A stretch of 64,000 nucleotides of DNA, from positions 56,110,001 to 56,174,000 of the forward strand of contig NC_043006.1 in the NCBI RefSeq assembly GCF_006345805.1, read 5' to 3'. Source of the stretch: Octopus sinensis. Lineage: Eukaryota. Position 1 is the first letter of the stretch. Each line of letters begins with the position of its first letter. Positions 1 to 13,255 of the stretch are shown one piece after another. The position numbers and the translations under genes are program-made. Below the pieces are notes generated by a model, which saw only the letters and a program-made list of their open reading frames with translations, did not search any database and had not been told where the DNA came from.

Positions 1-360
1 AATCCGGGTCTTTTGCGTGGAGTTGACTCTGAATTATCCAAAGTGAATTCCTCCGCTCTTGAGGATTCTATTTAATTATCAATTATTTGTCTTCTAACTT
101 CTATTTCTATATCCTTCGAGATATCCTTTAATATTATAGTGTCTCCCTTGATCGATGTAAACTCTACCTGTTTTTGTGCTTGTATCTCGTCCTTTGATAT
201 TGTCTTCCATGCCTTGGACCCTCGAGATCCTGGTTAGTTTGTCTATGTAACAATAGCAAATTTACTTTGCATAACAATTTGTAGCAATATGAACAAAACT
301 TCGGGAGAGCCATATGCAACAAGTGTCGATAGACGAACAATGATAATATATAATTTGCGA

Positions 361-406
361 GGTTGGTAAGCAAGCTATTTACCACACAGCCTCTCTTGCG
401 CCTGTG
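361..406 (-). mobile_element. tRNA-derived SINE head fragment
   Basis: ggttggtaagcaagctatttaccacacagcc matches the 5' head of the SINE copies at 29768-30233 and 31666-32090. Confidence 0.5.
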
Positions 407-897
407 TATATATATATATATTGATATTTAGCAGAAGCAACAGTGTCATTCAAGGTCCGTAGTTTCATGCATTGGAACTTATGAAACTGCCACTCTTGCT
501 TAGTCAGGTTTCCCGAAAGTTTGTTCTTGATAGCCTTTCATAACTGCTTCAGCATCATAGTATTCTCCATTGATAGAGTGGTCGTTTTGAAGATAGTCAA
601 TAAACACAACCCGCATTTGCCCCTCCTACCCAACGAATTTAGCTCATTACATTCACTGCAGATGAAACGACCATAGTCCTGTTTGAAGTAGGTGAGAGGG
701 AGTGTTTCTACTGCATGGATTAACGCTTTCAAATGGTGTGATACTCTCGGGTGGAAGAAACACTGAATCTTTTCTATCGACCATGTAGGAAGATATATAT
801 TTCAAATACATACAATATTTATTTGCTCGAATTGCAATATGATACAATTTTAATAACAAAATTAATGGTGAATATTTTATTTCATCGTATTTTTCAG

Positions 898-1019
898 TAC
901 CAAGTGGATCGCAAAATATTTGGAATTTCCAAAGAAGAATACTAACCACGTTCACCTCTGTTTTCTTTTCATTGATGGTGTATTGGAACTTTTTGCTACT
1001 TCAATTTATTATGATCTGA
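898..1019 (+). CDS. Terminal coding exon of an upstream cholinesterase-like paralog (copy A), GPI-signal-like C-terminus
   Basis: Acceptor ttttcag at 891-897; phase-1 reading (V)PSGSQNIWNFQRRILTTFTSVFFSLMVYWNFLLLQFIMI*; homologous to 23455-23558 and 50419-50507; AATAAA at 1053-1058. Confidence 0.75.
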
Positions 1020-1020
1020 A

Positions 1021-1090
1021 TACAGGGCTCGGAAAAACTGAAAGACCGAAGCAATAAATATATGTATCTGAGAGAGGGTTATGTTGAGAG
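1021..1090 (+). mobile_element. Mariner transposase C-terminal remnant in the 3' UTR of copy A
   Basis: Translates QGSEKLKDRSNKYMYLREGYVE, matching the mariner C-terminus pattern KL..RW.KC...G.YVE; same remnant at 23598-23741. Confidence 0.55.
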
Positions 1091-1146
1091 TAAGAGAGAA
1101 GAGAGAAAGTGAGAAGAGAGAGAAAGCATATGTATAATATATATAT

Positions 1147-1198
<52 letters not shown>

Positions 1199-1231
1199 CA
1201 TATACACAGAATATATATAAATACATACATA

Positions 1232-1331
1232 NNNNNNNNNNNNNNNNNNNNNNNNNNNNNNNNNNNNNNNNNNNNNNNNNNNNNNNNNNNNNNNNNNNNN
1301 NNNNNNNNNNNNNNNNNNNNNNNNNNNNNNN
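1232..1331. other. Assembly gap (100 N)
   Basis: Run of N. Confidence 1.
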
Positions 1332-4300
1332 TCGCACAACCAACTAAAATCATAGCGGCGACCCTGAAAAGCCATGGCTTTATGAGGACGTTGGCGCAAG
1401 TAGAGAGGAAGAAAGAGAAGTCGAAAGGGCCTACACTCTCATTGCACACACACATGGCTTTGCTAAGGCCAAGTCCTCAAGGTGGACAAGACAAAGAGAG
1501 AGAGATGGAACAGGAAACACCAACCACAGAGTGTCAAAAATGACACGCCCACTGCCACAGTCGAAGAAGGCAAGCAGGGCAAACAACAGATAGGCGGCGA
1601 TGGGGAAACGGAGATAACCACCCGGATTAAATACCTATGCAGAAAGGAACCAGTGGACAACCGTCCAACGGAGGAGAGAAAACAAGAGGAACTGAGGACA
1701 AGAAACCTCGATAACATGCAAATTCTTCGGAATGGAACCTGCTGGCATGGAGAAACAGGGGAAGGATGCAGGTTCGCTCATCCAATGCCCCTATGGAAAT
1801 TGCATCAAACCCATTCGAGACCAAATGCCTTAACCAAAACCCAAGACCGAAACCAAACAGAACAAATACAAGCTGCCCCAGAAATATGCAGACATAGTGC
1901 GTATGCCCCAACAAGGAGAAGGCGCACATTTGCAGAGGAATGCAGACGGCGGCAGCAGAACAAAGAAATTTTGTGGAAATAGCAGAGAAAATTGTGGGAC
2001 AACTGGCCTGGATACATCGTCCTTCAGAGCCAGGGGCACTCACAACAGCACTCAAGACCACCACAATCAAGGGACCCAGGGTGGGCCACCGCTGACACCA
2101 GCCCAGGTGCCACACCGTCAGCCTTTATTGACACCCCCAAATATCTCACCAGTGCTTCTGCTGAATGTCAGAGGTCTGGTGAAAAACCCCCTAATATGAG
2201 TAAATTCCTTACCTTAGGGACTTTAAGCACAAGCAACCATGCAATATGCATAGCGCTGACTGAAACGCACCTGTCAAGCAGTATAGCAGATGCAGAAATA
2301 CACGTACCAAAGTATACTGTTTTTCGGTCAGACAGGAAGGAAAGAACTCATGGTGGGGTTGCCCTGTACGTCCGTGAAGATGTCACAACCCCATATACTG
2401 TTGACACACTCAAACTCAGTCTGTGACCACTGATAGTACACGAAACAACCGAAAATAGTAATATTGTCACATATCGGCCACCAGACACCCTAGTCATGAA
2501 GGAGTGTTTGAAGATAGCCTCAGAAGAATAGAAGCAGTCCTGGACAAACTGGACCAGGGTAACACCATTCTACTGCTGGGAGATTTTAACCTTCCGAAAG
2601 TCAAATGGCCAGATGGCCATCTCCTCCCTGGAATGACATCACTTGAACAGAGACAGACAGAGTCCTTGTTGGCTCTCACACGCAAGTTTTTCATGGAGCA
2701 AGCAATGCTTCGGCCAACAAGAGGTGAGAATGTCTTGGACCTCTGTTCACAAGCAACCCGATGCTCATCCACAACATAATGGTAACACCAACAATTCTCT
2801 CAGATCACAACTTAGTAGAGGTTGATATATGGTATGAGAGAGTTAGTTGAGACGCAGCCATTAGAAATACCACAGGTCTATCCAGTCTAAACTTCCATAA
2901 GGCAAACTGGAAGAAGATAAACGAAGAGATCCGAAAACATGACTGGAGTGACTTCATCACCACACAAGACACCAACAACATTTCCAACATTTCAGACAAC
3001 AATACAGAACATATGCCATAAGTTTGTCCCGGAGAAAAAAGCCAGCGGGCCATAGGAACGTTATTCCCAGAGACAGGAAAATACTTATGAGGCGAAGAGC
3101 TAAGCTCTCGAAGCAACTGAATGCACGGCAGAGAAACAATGAGGGACTCCACCTGAAACTTTTTGAAACGGAAACTGCACTCAAACTTTCCTATGAGAAG
3201 AGAGGGCAGAGAGAGAAGCCAGGGCCATAGAGAATATTAAAACAAACCCTAAAGACTTCTTTAAATTTGCGAAAGAAACCACCTCGGTACACTGCAAGAT
3301 TGGCCCACTCTTGATAAAAAGGGCTCTCTAACTGAGGACCCCCAGGGATAAGTGAAATACTAAAGGAAATATAAAAGTGTGTTCACATCCCCTCTGGGGC
3401 ACATGCAAATCACAAACCCAGAAGTTTTCTTTGATGCCACAACACTCCAAAAAAAAACCAACAACCATCGACCACATAGACAACAGAGAGGGATGTAATA
3501 TCTGCCATAGAAGAAATGAGAATAAACTCAGCTGCTGGACCAGATGGATTCCCAGCAGTCCTCCTAAAACATGCAGGCATGCCCTAGCGGGACCACTGAA
3601 GAAGCTCTTCAGTGGTTCCTTGGCTAACGGTAACTGCCCAGGGCGCTAAAAGAAGGCACCATATGCCCTATCCACAAAGGAGGGAGTAGAGCAGAGGCCA
3701 AAAACTACAGGCCAGTCTCCCTGACGTCACACATAAGTAAGGTCATGGAAAGAATCATCAGAAAAACTGATCACGTTCCTCGAGAAACTAACCGTCTCAC
3801 TGACAACAGCATGGCTTTCGCCCAGGAAGAAGCTGCCTTACGCAGCTGTTACAACACTACGACTGGGTACTGAAACAACTACTGATCGCTCACAGGTGGA
3901 TGTGGTATATCTCGACTTTGCGAAGGCCTTTGACAAAGTCGACCACGGAGTGATATGTCACAAATTACTCAGACTCGGCATAACAGGAAAAGTAGGTGAG
4001 TGGATACATGACTTCCTGAAGGACAGAAGCCAGATGGTTGCAGCCAATGGAGCCCTCTCGGGAAAGACACCAATGGCAAGCGGGGTGCCACAGGGCACAG
4101 TCTTGGGACCCTTGCTGTTTTTGGTGGCGCTCTCTGACATGCCCTTGGTAGCACAAACAACATCCCTCACTATGACACAAAGGTAGCACAGTCAATCAAA
4201 AACCCAGCTGATGCTGACCTTTTACAACAAGATCTGGATGCCATATACAAATGGGCTGAAGACAACATGCTGGTAAATTTCAAGCCTTACAATATCAAGC

Positions 4301-5133
4301 TGTAAACACATATACATTATAACACAACTATACTGGTCCAGGAGGGATCGAAATCCCAGTATCGAAATCAATACGGGACCTGGGGATAGACATGAGTGAC
4401 GATGCATCTTTTTCTTCACACATCGCGAAGGTGGCGACAATGTGCAGACGACTCACTGGCTGGATCCTGAGGACATTCCAGACAAGAGACTGCGAGACCA
4501 TGTTGACACTATGGAGGACATTTGTCCTAAGCCGCCTGGACTACTGCTCCCAACTGTGGTCACCGCATTGTGTCAAACTAACCACAGAGCTTGAGACATC
4601 CAAAGACATTTCACCAAGAGGATTTCCACCATGAAAGAAAAGAACTATTGGGAGAGGCTTAGGGAACTCAATTTGTACTCCTTGGAACGAAGACGAGAGA
4701 GATATGCAGTGATATACATATGGAAAATCTGGAGGGACTAGCACCAAATTTTGGAATGAGAGCTGTTCCAATCCCCGTACAGGACGTCACTGTGGGGTGC
4801 CAAAGGTCCCGTCTTCCACATCCAGGGTAAGGAGCAGATACTGTAATAGCCTGGGGTTCAGGGGCCCTCAGCTGTTCAACAAACTGCCAAGAAAACTAAG
4901 AGATCTACATGATGCGGATGTGGACATTTTAAAAAAACATCTAGACAAGCTGCTTTCCGGGATCCCAGATGAACCCACTGCAAGGTACGAAGGTAACCTA
5001 AGGGCAGCAGCTACAAACTCTCTCTTAGATCAGTGGCCAGCAACGGCAAACTGGACTTAGAGAGGGTAGCAACAAGGGCGGTGCCCCAGCATGGCCTTAG
5101 CCGGATGGCTGAAACAAGTAAAGAGTAAAAGAG
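1332..5133 (+). mobile_element. Near full-length, frameshifted CR1/L2 (Jockey-group) LINE: ORF1 with CCCH finger, APE endonuclease, RT
   Basis: APE motifs LLLNVRGL, IALTETHL, FRSDR..GGVALYV, LLGDFNLP, SDHNLV; RT motifs YRPVSLTS, VVYLDFAKAFDKVDH, SGVPQGTVLGPLLF, RLDYCSQLWSP; 3' tail ...gctgaaacaagtaaagagtaaaagag; many frameshifts. Confidence 0.92.
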
Positions 5134-5404
5134 ATATATGAATATATGTATATATATATATATGAATAAGATATATATATGAATATATATATATATGTAT
5201 ATATGTATATATATATAATATATATATATGAATATATATATATATATATATGAATATATGTATATATATATGAATATATATATGTATATGAATATATATA
5301 TATATATATACATATATGAATATATATATATATATATTATGTATATATATATAGATATATATATATAATATATATGAATATATATATATATAAATATATA
5401 TAAA

Positions 5405-5494
<90 letters not shown>

Positions 5495-5598
5495 GAATAT
5501 TATATATATATATAATATATATATATATATGAATATATATATATATATATTTATATATGTATATATATATATATGATATATATATATGTATATATATA

Positions 5599-5659
<61 letters not shown>

Positions 5660-5881
5660 GAATATATATATATAATATGAATATATATATATGAATATAT
5701 ATATATATATATATGATATATATATATATATATAAATATATATATATATATGAATATATGTATATATATATATGAATATATATATGTATATGAATATATA
5801 TATATACTCTTTTACTTGTTTCAGCCATCCGGCTGAGGCCATATATATACATATATGATTATATATATATATATATATAAT

Positions 5882-5927
<46 letters not shown>

Positions 5928-5996
5928 TGAATATATATATATTATATATATATATATGAATATATATATATATATATGTATATATGGGAATATTAT

Positions 5997-6031
<35 letters not shown>

Positions 6032-6069
6032 AATATATTATATATATATAATATATATATATATATATG

Positions 6070-6108
<39 letters not shown>

Positions 6109-6408
6109 CTATATATATATATATTATGAACTATATATATATATATGAATATATATATATAATATATATGAATATACATTATATATTATATATATATATA
6201 TATATACATTATATATATATATAGTATATATATGTGAATAGTAATATATATAAAGAATATATATATATTATATATAAATATATTTATATATGAATATATA
6301 TATATATTATATATATTAATTATGAATATATATATATATATATATATAATATATATATTATGAATATATATATATTATGAATATATATCTATATGAATAT
6401 ATATGAAT

Positions 6409-6455
<47 letters not shown>

Positions 6456-6520
6456 ATATATAATATATTATATATTATATATATATATATAATATATATA
6501 TATATATTATATTATGTATA
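5134..6520. repeat. ~1.4 kb (TA)n-based low-complexity array with gaatat variants
   Basis: Direct inspection; contains a short inverted LINE tail at 5807-5842. Confidence 0.95.
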
Positions 6521-6529
6521 TATATATAG

Positions 6530-7760
6530 AATATCTTAGAAAGGTTTGGCCAGTATTGGCCCAGGCCATGTCTAACTTAATAGCACCACCTGGTGAAGTC
6601 TTTCAATTCAGGATTTGGGCACCAAGGCCCATTCGTGCAGAGAGTTATTGTTTGCGGAGACATATCCGGGTTTGCGTGGTTTGTCCGGGACTGTTTGAAG
6701 GAATTTGTCCAAAATCTTCTTAAATTTTGTTTGGTCAGTTTATGTTTTGACGTGTCTTGGTGTAATGTTGAAGAGGGCGATCCAATTGAGGTGAAATAAT
6801 TGTGCCGCAATGTTGTTATGAGATGCGATTGAGATTTTTGTTGTGGACGGATGACACGGGGTCCAAGTCTTGGATGTGTTTTGAAGATGATACCAACATC
6901 ATTTGGACAGTGCTGATGGAATATTTTCCACATCATACAGATAATGTAGCGTTCATGGCGTCGTTGGAGTGAATACAGTTTCAGCTTTTCCAGTCGATCC
7001 CAGTAGTCGTGGTCTGACATGGCATCTATCTTTTTCGTGATTGACCTTTGGGGAGCTTCAACTTTCATAATATTCCGTTTCGTATAGGGAGACCACAGTG
7101 GACAGCAGTATTCAAGGTGAGATCGGGCAAAAGTGGAGAAGAGAAGGATTATGGTGTGGGAATCTCTCGACTGGAAGGTTCTGAAAATCCAGGAACACAT
7201 TCTGCGGGCCATGTCAACTTTGCTGCTTATATGTGTAGCCCAGCTTATGTTGTAGTCCACAGTTACTCCCAAGTCTCTGATGTTGTTAGACGCTATGAGA
7301 GTTTCACCAGAAGGAAGGGCGTATGGGAGATTCAGAGCGTCCTCCCTTCCAAAGTGGATCAATTCGAATTTGTCTTCGTTTAGCAACATGTTGTTCTTTT
7401 CCGCCCATTGGACAACAGCCAGAAGGTCTGACTGAAGGTTTATCCGGTCATCCACGCCATTGATGACCTTCTGGAGCTTGGAATCACCAGCGAAGATTCT
7501 GATGTTACTGTGTTTGATGATGTCAGTGATGTCATTAATGTAGATGATGAAGAGAAGTGAGCCCAACACAGTGCCTTGTGGGACACCACTACTGACTTTG
7601 GCTGGGCTGGATTTGACTCCTTCGACTACAATATGTTGGGTTCTGTTATCAGGAAGCACTTAATCCACTGCAGTAGCTTTCCAGTGACACCAATATTGGA
7701 CAGCTTTCTCAAAAGGATCTTATGATCAACCCTGTCAAAGGCCTTGCTGAAATCAAGGTA
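6530..7760 (-). mobile_element. 5'-truncated CR1/L2-group LINE (RT 3' half)
   Basis: ORF 6577..7659: SGVPQGTVLGSLLF, IFAGDSK (degenerate FADD), RDLGV, LEYCCPLWSP, LKLYSLQRR; bounded by (TA)n on both sides. Confidence 0.9.
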
Positions 7761-7846
7761 AATATATATATATATGCGTGCATATGCATATATATATATT
7801 CATATATATATATATATATACACATACACGCACACACACACATATA

Positions 7847-7936
<90 letters not shown>

Positions 7937-7950
7937 GTATATATATATAT

Positions 7951-7989
<39 letters not shown>

Positions 7990-8144
7990 CATACATACAC
8001 ATATATATATTTATATATATGTATATACATATGCATATATATATATATGATATATATATATATAAAAATACATATATACACATATATATTTATATATATG
8101 TATTACATATACATATATATATATAAGATATATATATTATATAT

Positions 8145-8319
8145 ACTAAGTAATTTAGGGTTTAGCAACGATTTGCCTCACCACACACCGAGTTTAGAAA
8201 TAGCAGTCAAAGAGTTATAGCTATTCTTTCTACTAAAATATAGCTATAACTCTTTGACTGCTATTTCTAAACTCGGTGTGTGGTGAGGCAAATCTTTGCT
8301 AAACCCTAAATTACTTAGT
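8145..8319. repeat. 80-bp-arm inverted repeat (hairpin), ~15-nt loop
   Basis: 8145-8224 is the reverse complement of 8240-8319 with one mismatch seen. Confidence 0.9.
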
Positions 8320-8584
8320 TTTACTTAAACTTTCCTCGAATGGGGCTTTTACATGCCGAAATCTACTTGGTGAAATTAATGATTATTCCAAATTAATTAA
8401 TTTCACCCTATATTATATATATATATACATAGTGAAGGGAAGAAATGGAGCCGAACGAAGATTCTACAAAATTCCTTTTTATTATTTTCTACACATGTTT
8501 CAAAGGCTGCACATTTTGCTACACAGGTTTCGGTTAAATTTTGAATAATCCGTAACAAGATAATTCATTTATCCATTTCATTAA

Positions 8585-8640
<56 letters not shown>

Positions 8641-8648
8641 CACACACA

Positions 8649-8684
<36 letters not shown>

Positions 8685-9456
8685 TATATTTCTATGTACT
8701 TTTCGAATTTGTGTAAATGTGTATAGATTAATATATCAGTTGAATAAAGTTAAAGCATGCTCTGGTTTGCACATTTATATTATTGTATTAAAATAATAAC
8801 ACTGTTGAAGCGTGTAAAGCATTAAAGGAATATGTTGTAATCTCCATAAAGTTCAATTAGCGCTTTCATACGTTTGTAGCTATCATCAGATTTCAAAGTG
8901 TATTTGACTAACAGTTGAGTTCTTGACAACTATAGGAAAATACTCTGGCTTCTTCCTACTTATACCTCTTAGAAGTTATAACAATTAATACAAAATATAT
9001 AATTGCATAAATATACTTATAGTAAAGGCACTAATGAGTAGCGCCAGATGCTAGAAATAGACGCCAAATGGCTCTAAGAGCTATATTATTTAGCACACTG
9101 GCACAGATTGAAAGCGAGGGAAATGAACAAACATAAACATTTTTTTTTTAAATGAGTTAACCATAGTTAGTGATATAACTTCCTTTACCGTCTCCAGTAT
9201 GGTACAACGCAATGTACATTTTAAAAACATTTATCTATAGCCATACGAATATAATGTATCCACAAGCGCATATACACATGTACACACTTATATACAAGCT
9301 AAATCTAATTCGTTCATTTCAGCTACGTGCGAATAGGACCAAATAATCTCGGAGTAAATATATCAGTTGGAATGGTTTATATTTATCTTTATGATCAAGG
9401 ATAAAATCTATATAATATTTTATCTAGTAGCTAGCATGTAATAAACCATATACTAT

Positions 9457-9650
9457 TTTACTCTTTTTTTTTTATTCTTGGAGCACCGACTTTAGTCGAG
9501 CAAATCGACCGCAGAGCTTATTCTTTGTAAGCCTAGTACTTATTCTATCGGTCCCTTTGCCGAACCACTAGAGTTACGGGGACGCACAACAACACACAGA
9601 CACACACACACACACACACACACCAACACACACACACACACACACACAAT

Positions 9651-9699
<49 letters not shown>

Positions 9700-9866
9700 T
9701 ATATATATATATATATACATATATACGATGGGCTTCTTTCAGTTTCCGTCTACCAAATCCACTCACAAGGCTTTGGTTAGCCCGAGGCTTTGGCAGAAGA
9801 GACTTGATCAAGGTGTCACGCAGTGTGACTGAACGCGGAACCATGCGGTTCGTAAGCAAGCTACTT
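9457..9866 (-). mobile_element. tRNA-derived SINE with internal (CA)/(TA) microsatellite
   Basis: Homologous to 29768-30233 and 31666-32090. Confidence 0.8.
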
Positions 9867-11199
9867 TATTTCATAAATTTGTCATATAGACAGTACAAAG
9901 AGCTTTGCGGGCTGGACAAATACATAATGAATGAAAATGAATTATAATGAATGAATGAGACGAAACCCAACACCCGCCGATTGGATTTCTCTCGAAAACA
10001 TATTTTCTTTTTTTTTTTTTGTAAAGAACAATATATGGTTTCAAACCTCTTACAATTGGGAGGCACTAAAACCTCTTACTTAACATATTTTCTTTTTTCT
10101 TTCTTAAAACACAAAATTGAGGTTATTAACCATTACAAAATAGTCCAATAAGGTGAGGTTTCAAACTCTGTAACGAGGGTCTTTCACCTCCTACTCTTCG
10201 ATATATCCATTGATATATTCATCATTATCTTCAATGCCGCTTGAGTTCCTGTATCTCGCCATTTCCCATGCCTCACTCATGTAGGACATGTAAGTCGTGT
10301 AAGGGCCACCCGGCCAAATTCGACACTCCTCCTCAAATCCTTTATGCCTTTCCCACAAGGGAAACCTTATGACCTCCACAGCTATCTGCGGAGGCCATTT
10401 GGGGTCCCGTGTGAAGGGCATATCTACTGTTTCTTTATGTTCTTCTACTATTTTTTCCACCTCCGCGCCCTTGTAGAAAAAGATAATTAATTGATCATCT
10501 TTAAGGGTGGGGGTGGTTTCTTCCACCGTGTGTGGCACAACTTCGGGGCATGCAGTCGGCACATCATCTCCCTGCTGAGATGACCCATTCTTCTTCTTTC
10601 TTTCTTTTTTCTTTTCTTCCTGGTTTCGGGAGAGTGGAGCTCTTCCGCTTTGTCCGGAGACTCTCCCCTGCCTCCCGAAGCCTTAGGTTCCTTCGGCGGG
10701 CAACTATTATCCATTTCATTAAATGCCCGCCTTCTTCCTTTTTAATCCTTTTTGAGTTGAGGAGGCTGGGTAACGGCACATACCAGAAATAGACGCCAAT
10801 TGGATCTAAGACCTACATTATTTACCAAATTAGATTTAGCTTGTATATGAGTGAGAACATTTGTAATGCGCTTGTGAACACATTATATTCGTGTTAGTAT
10901 GTATAAATGTTTATAATGATGTACTTTGAGTTGTATCATACTTAAGACGGCAAAGGGAGTCATATCAATAAACAAGAAATCGATCTATGGTTAAATCATT
11001 AAAACAACTTTTTTGTTCATTTCCCCACTTGCAGCCCATGCCAATGTGGTAACTAATGTAATTCTTAGAGCCTTTTCCCGTCTGTTTCTAGCATGTGGCA
11101 CTACTCATTAGAGCCACATGCTATTATATTTATATAATCATATATATTTTTACCTATATGGTTCATTACATGCTAGATACTTAATAAAATCATACGTAT

Positions 11200-11772
11200 A
11201 TTTTTTTTCTCTGGTTTCAACTCAGACCTGCGGCCATGCTGATGCACCGCCGTTTTGTGCTACACTGTTATTGCGAAGAACCTCGTCTAATATGTGGCAC
11301 TTTGTGAAGAATGGTTTGATATAGCTACTCTCATTTGCATCTCTTGCCGTGAGGTAGGTTCATCTGGGACTCTCGACAGGAAGGTGTCCAGCTTTGATTT
11401 AAAAACCACTACATCTACTTTGTGCATGTTCCTCAGACTCTTTGGGAGAATATTAAAAAGCTGTGGGCCCTTGAAACCCAGGCTGTTGCAGAAGCTGGTC
11501 CTGAAGCTTGATGGCATTGCTGGGATCTTTGGCACTATGCAGTGTCGTCCCGTTCTAGTATTGGTGTAGCTTACAATGCCAAAATTTGGCACAATTTCTT
11601 CCAGGATCTTCCAGACATATATTACTGCATACCTCTCCCGTCTTCTCTCCAGGGAGTAGAGTCTTAACTGTTTCAACCTTTCCCAGTAGCTGAGCTGTTG
11701 CAAAGAGACGATCTTCTTTGTGAATCTTCTCTGGATTGCTTCAAGGTCCGCTGTTAATTTTACACTGGTAAA
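11200..11772 (-). mobile_element. CR1/L2-group LINE 3' fragment
   Basis: LEAIQRRFTKKI, LRLYSLERRRERYAVIYVWKI, FCNSLGFKGPQLFN; same family and tail type as 1332-5133. Confidence 0.88.
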
Positions 11773-11799
11773 ACATATATATATATATATATATATATA

Positions 11800-11857
<58 letters not shown>

Positions 11858-12066
11858 TCTAGCAAAAACTGTCCGATGAACGGCAACGTGAAACTCAGAG
11901 TAACAGGTTTTGTTGAATTTTCTGCTGCTTTAAATAAAGCATATTACTCTACCACTGGTATTTGAGTACTCTTTTTTCCACCTTGTTTCACATTTATGTT
12001 TTTACTCCGGTATATATATATATATATATAAATGCGCGCCTGTGTGTGTCTATTTTTGTGTGTATG

Positions 12067-12099
<33 letters not shown>

Positions 12100-12250
12100 A
12101 CATTTATACATGTGTACGTGTCTGTGTACGTGTGTGTATATTTGTTAACAACATGATACATGATCCAGATTTAGTAACTGTCAGTAGCAATCTGCAAACC
12201 AACGTAGGGGGCCGTGACTTTTCAGAAACTGGATGGCATATTTGACTTAT

Positions 12251-12282
<32 letters not shown>

Positions 12283-12286
<4 letters not shown>

Positions 12287-12960
12287 CTCCTTCACCTGCA
12301 CTTCTAGCAATGTCATCTACTGCATCTCCTGTTCTCTCTGCCCTTATCTATACATCGGGCAAACGGGATGCCGCTTGGCTGACCGGTTCGCGGAACACCT
12401 CCGAGACATCCGACTCGGTAATGACACCCCGATCTCGTGACATTTCATCTCTACCGCTCACTCTTTGCAACGCCTGTCTGTGTTCGGATTGTTCTTGGAC
12501 AGGGGCCATCCGGTCTCCCGTTTTCGCCGAGTACAGGGTTTAAATTTTTCTCTTCACTCCTTTGCACCATATGGTCTCAAATCTCCTCTCCTCTTCATCT
12601 AACCCTCCTCTCCTCTCTTCCTCTCATACCTACTTCCTCCCACCCACCTCTTCTCTCTTTTTCCGACTCCTACTTCTTCTCTTTACTCCCACCCTCCTTC
12701 TCTCTTATCTTCATTCCTACCAGCCTTCTCCCTTCCCCTCTCTCTTCATCATCACCCCTCCCTCGTAACTCCACCTCTATAAAATCTAACCCCACTTTCC
12801 CTCTCTATCCCATCCCACCCATCCTTTACACCCACTCCCACATACCTCACCTCAACTCCCAACGTTAAATACTTTTTCACTTCTCGAGCGTTAAACTAAT
12901 ACATCTGTTTGTTGTCTACACCACCGGTCTTCGACGTTTGTCTTTTGTGAATTCTCCCCC
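12283..12960 (+). mobile_element. Penelope-like element 3' fragment (GIY-YIG endonuclease plus CT-rich tail)
   Basis: DSFTCTSSNVIYCISCSLCPYLYIGQTGCRLADRFAEHLRDIR, then stop/frameshift, ending APYGLN-like. Confidence 0.85.
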
Positions 12961-12986
12961 ATATATATATGAGAAACTTTTTTAAC

Positions 12987-13037
12987 TCGTCTCTGATGAT
13001 GGGTATCATATATTTTCCTGAAACAGCTGTAAGACGA
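12987..13037 (+). ncRNA. Type I hammerhead ribozyme motif (PLE-associated, palindromic stem III)
   Basis: tcgtct-CTGATGA-tggg..cct-GAAAC-agct-GTA-agacga; stem I 6 bp; stem III ACAGCUGU self-complementary. Confidence 0.7.
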
Positions 13038-13218
13038 ACTTTCTCTTTATGAATGTCCTAGGTATATCACATTGACTTGGCTCTGTTACCTTATTTTATT
13101 TAATGTGTGCGTGTGTGTATGTATGTGTGCGTGAGTGTTTGTGTGTATATGTATATGTATGTATGTAAGTATGTATGTTTGCATGTGCACAGTGCAAACG
13201 CTTAGAACGAAGAGAACA

Positions 13219-13255
13219 TATCCGACTTTCGGTATCTATTCCTTCATCAGAGATA
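13219..13255 (-). ncRNA. Degenerate hammerhead ribozyme motif
   Basis: Minus strand tatct-CTGATGA-agg..cc-GAAA-GTC-ggata; stem III C missing. Confidence 0.45.

Noticed and set aside
1-345. Minus-strand coding-like stretch
   Set aside because: Contains stops and no recognisable motif; probably a TE remnant cut by the window edge
751-945. Plus-strand C-terminus YQVDRKIFGISKEEY as the terminal exon frame
   Set aside because: Upstream exon ends in phase 1, which gives the VPSGS frame; only that frame yields a hydrophobic tail in all copies
653-955. Apparently conserved minus-strand protein (QIF.DPLGTEKY.EIKYSPL; also 50225..50482)
   Set aside because: Antisense of the paralogous intron and GPI exon; the 23400 copy has stops in that frame
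5011-6179. Many long [20 protein letters not shown] ORFs here and throughout the track
   Set aside because: Translations of (TA)n, (CA)n, (TATG)n and (TATC)n microsatellites
6577-7659. Active reverse transcriptase gene
   Set aside because: 5'-truncated and catalytic motif reads FAGD instead of FADD
8850-8895. Hammerhead-like ctgatga..gaaagcgcta on minus
   Set aside because: Stems I and II do not pair convincingly
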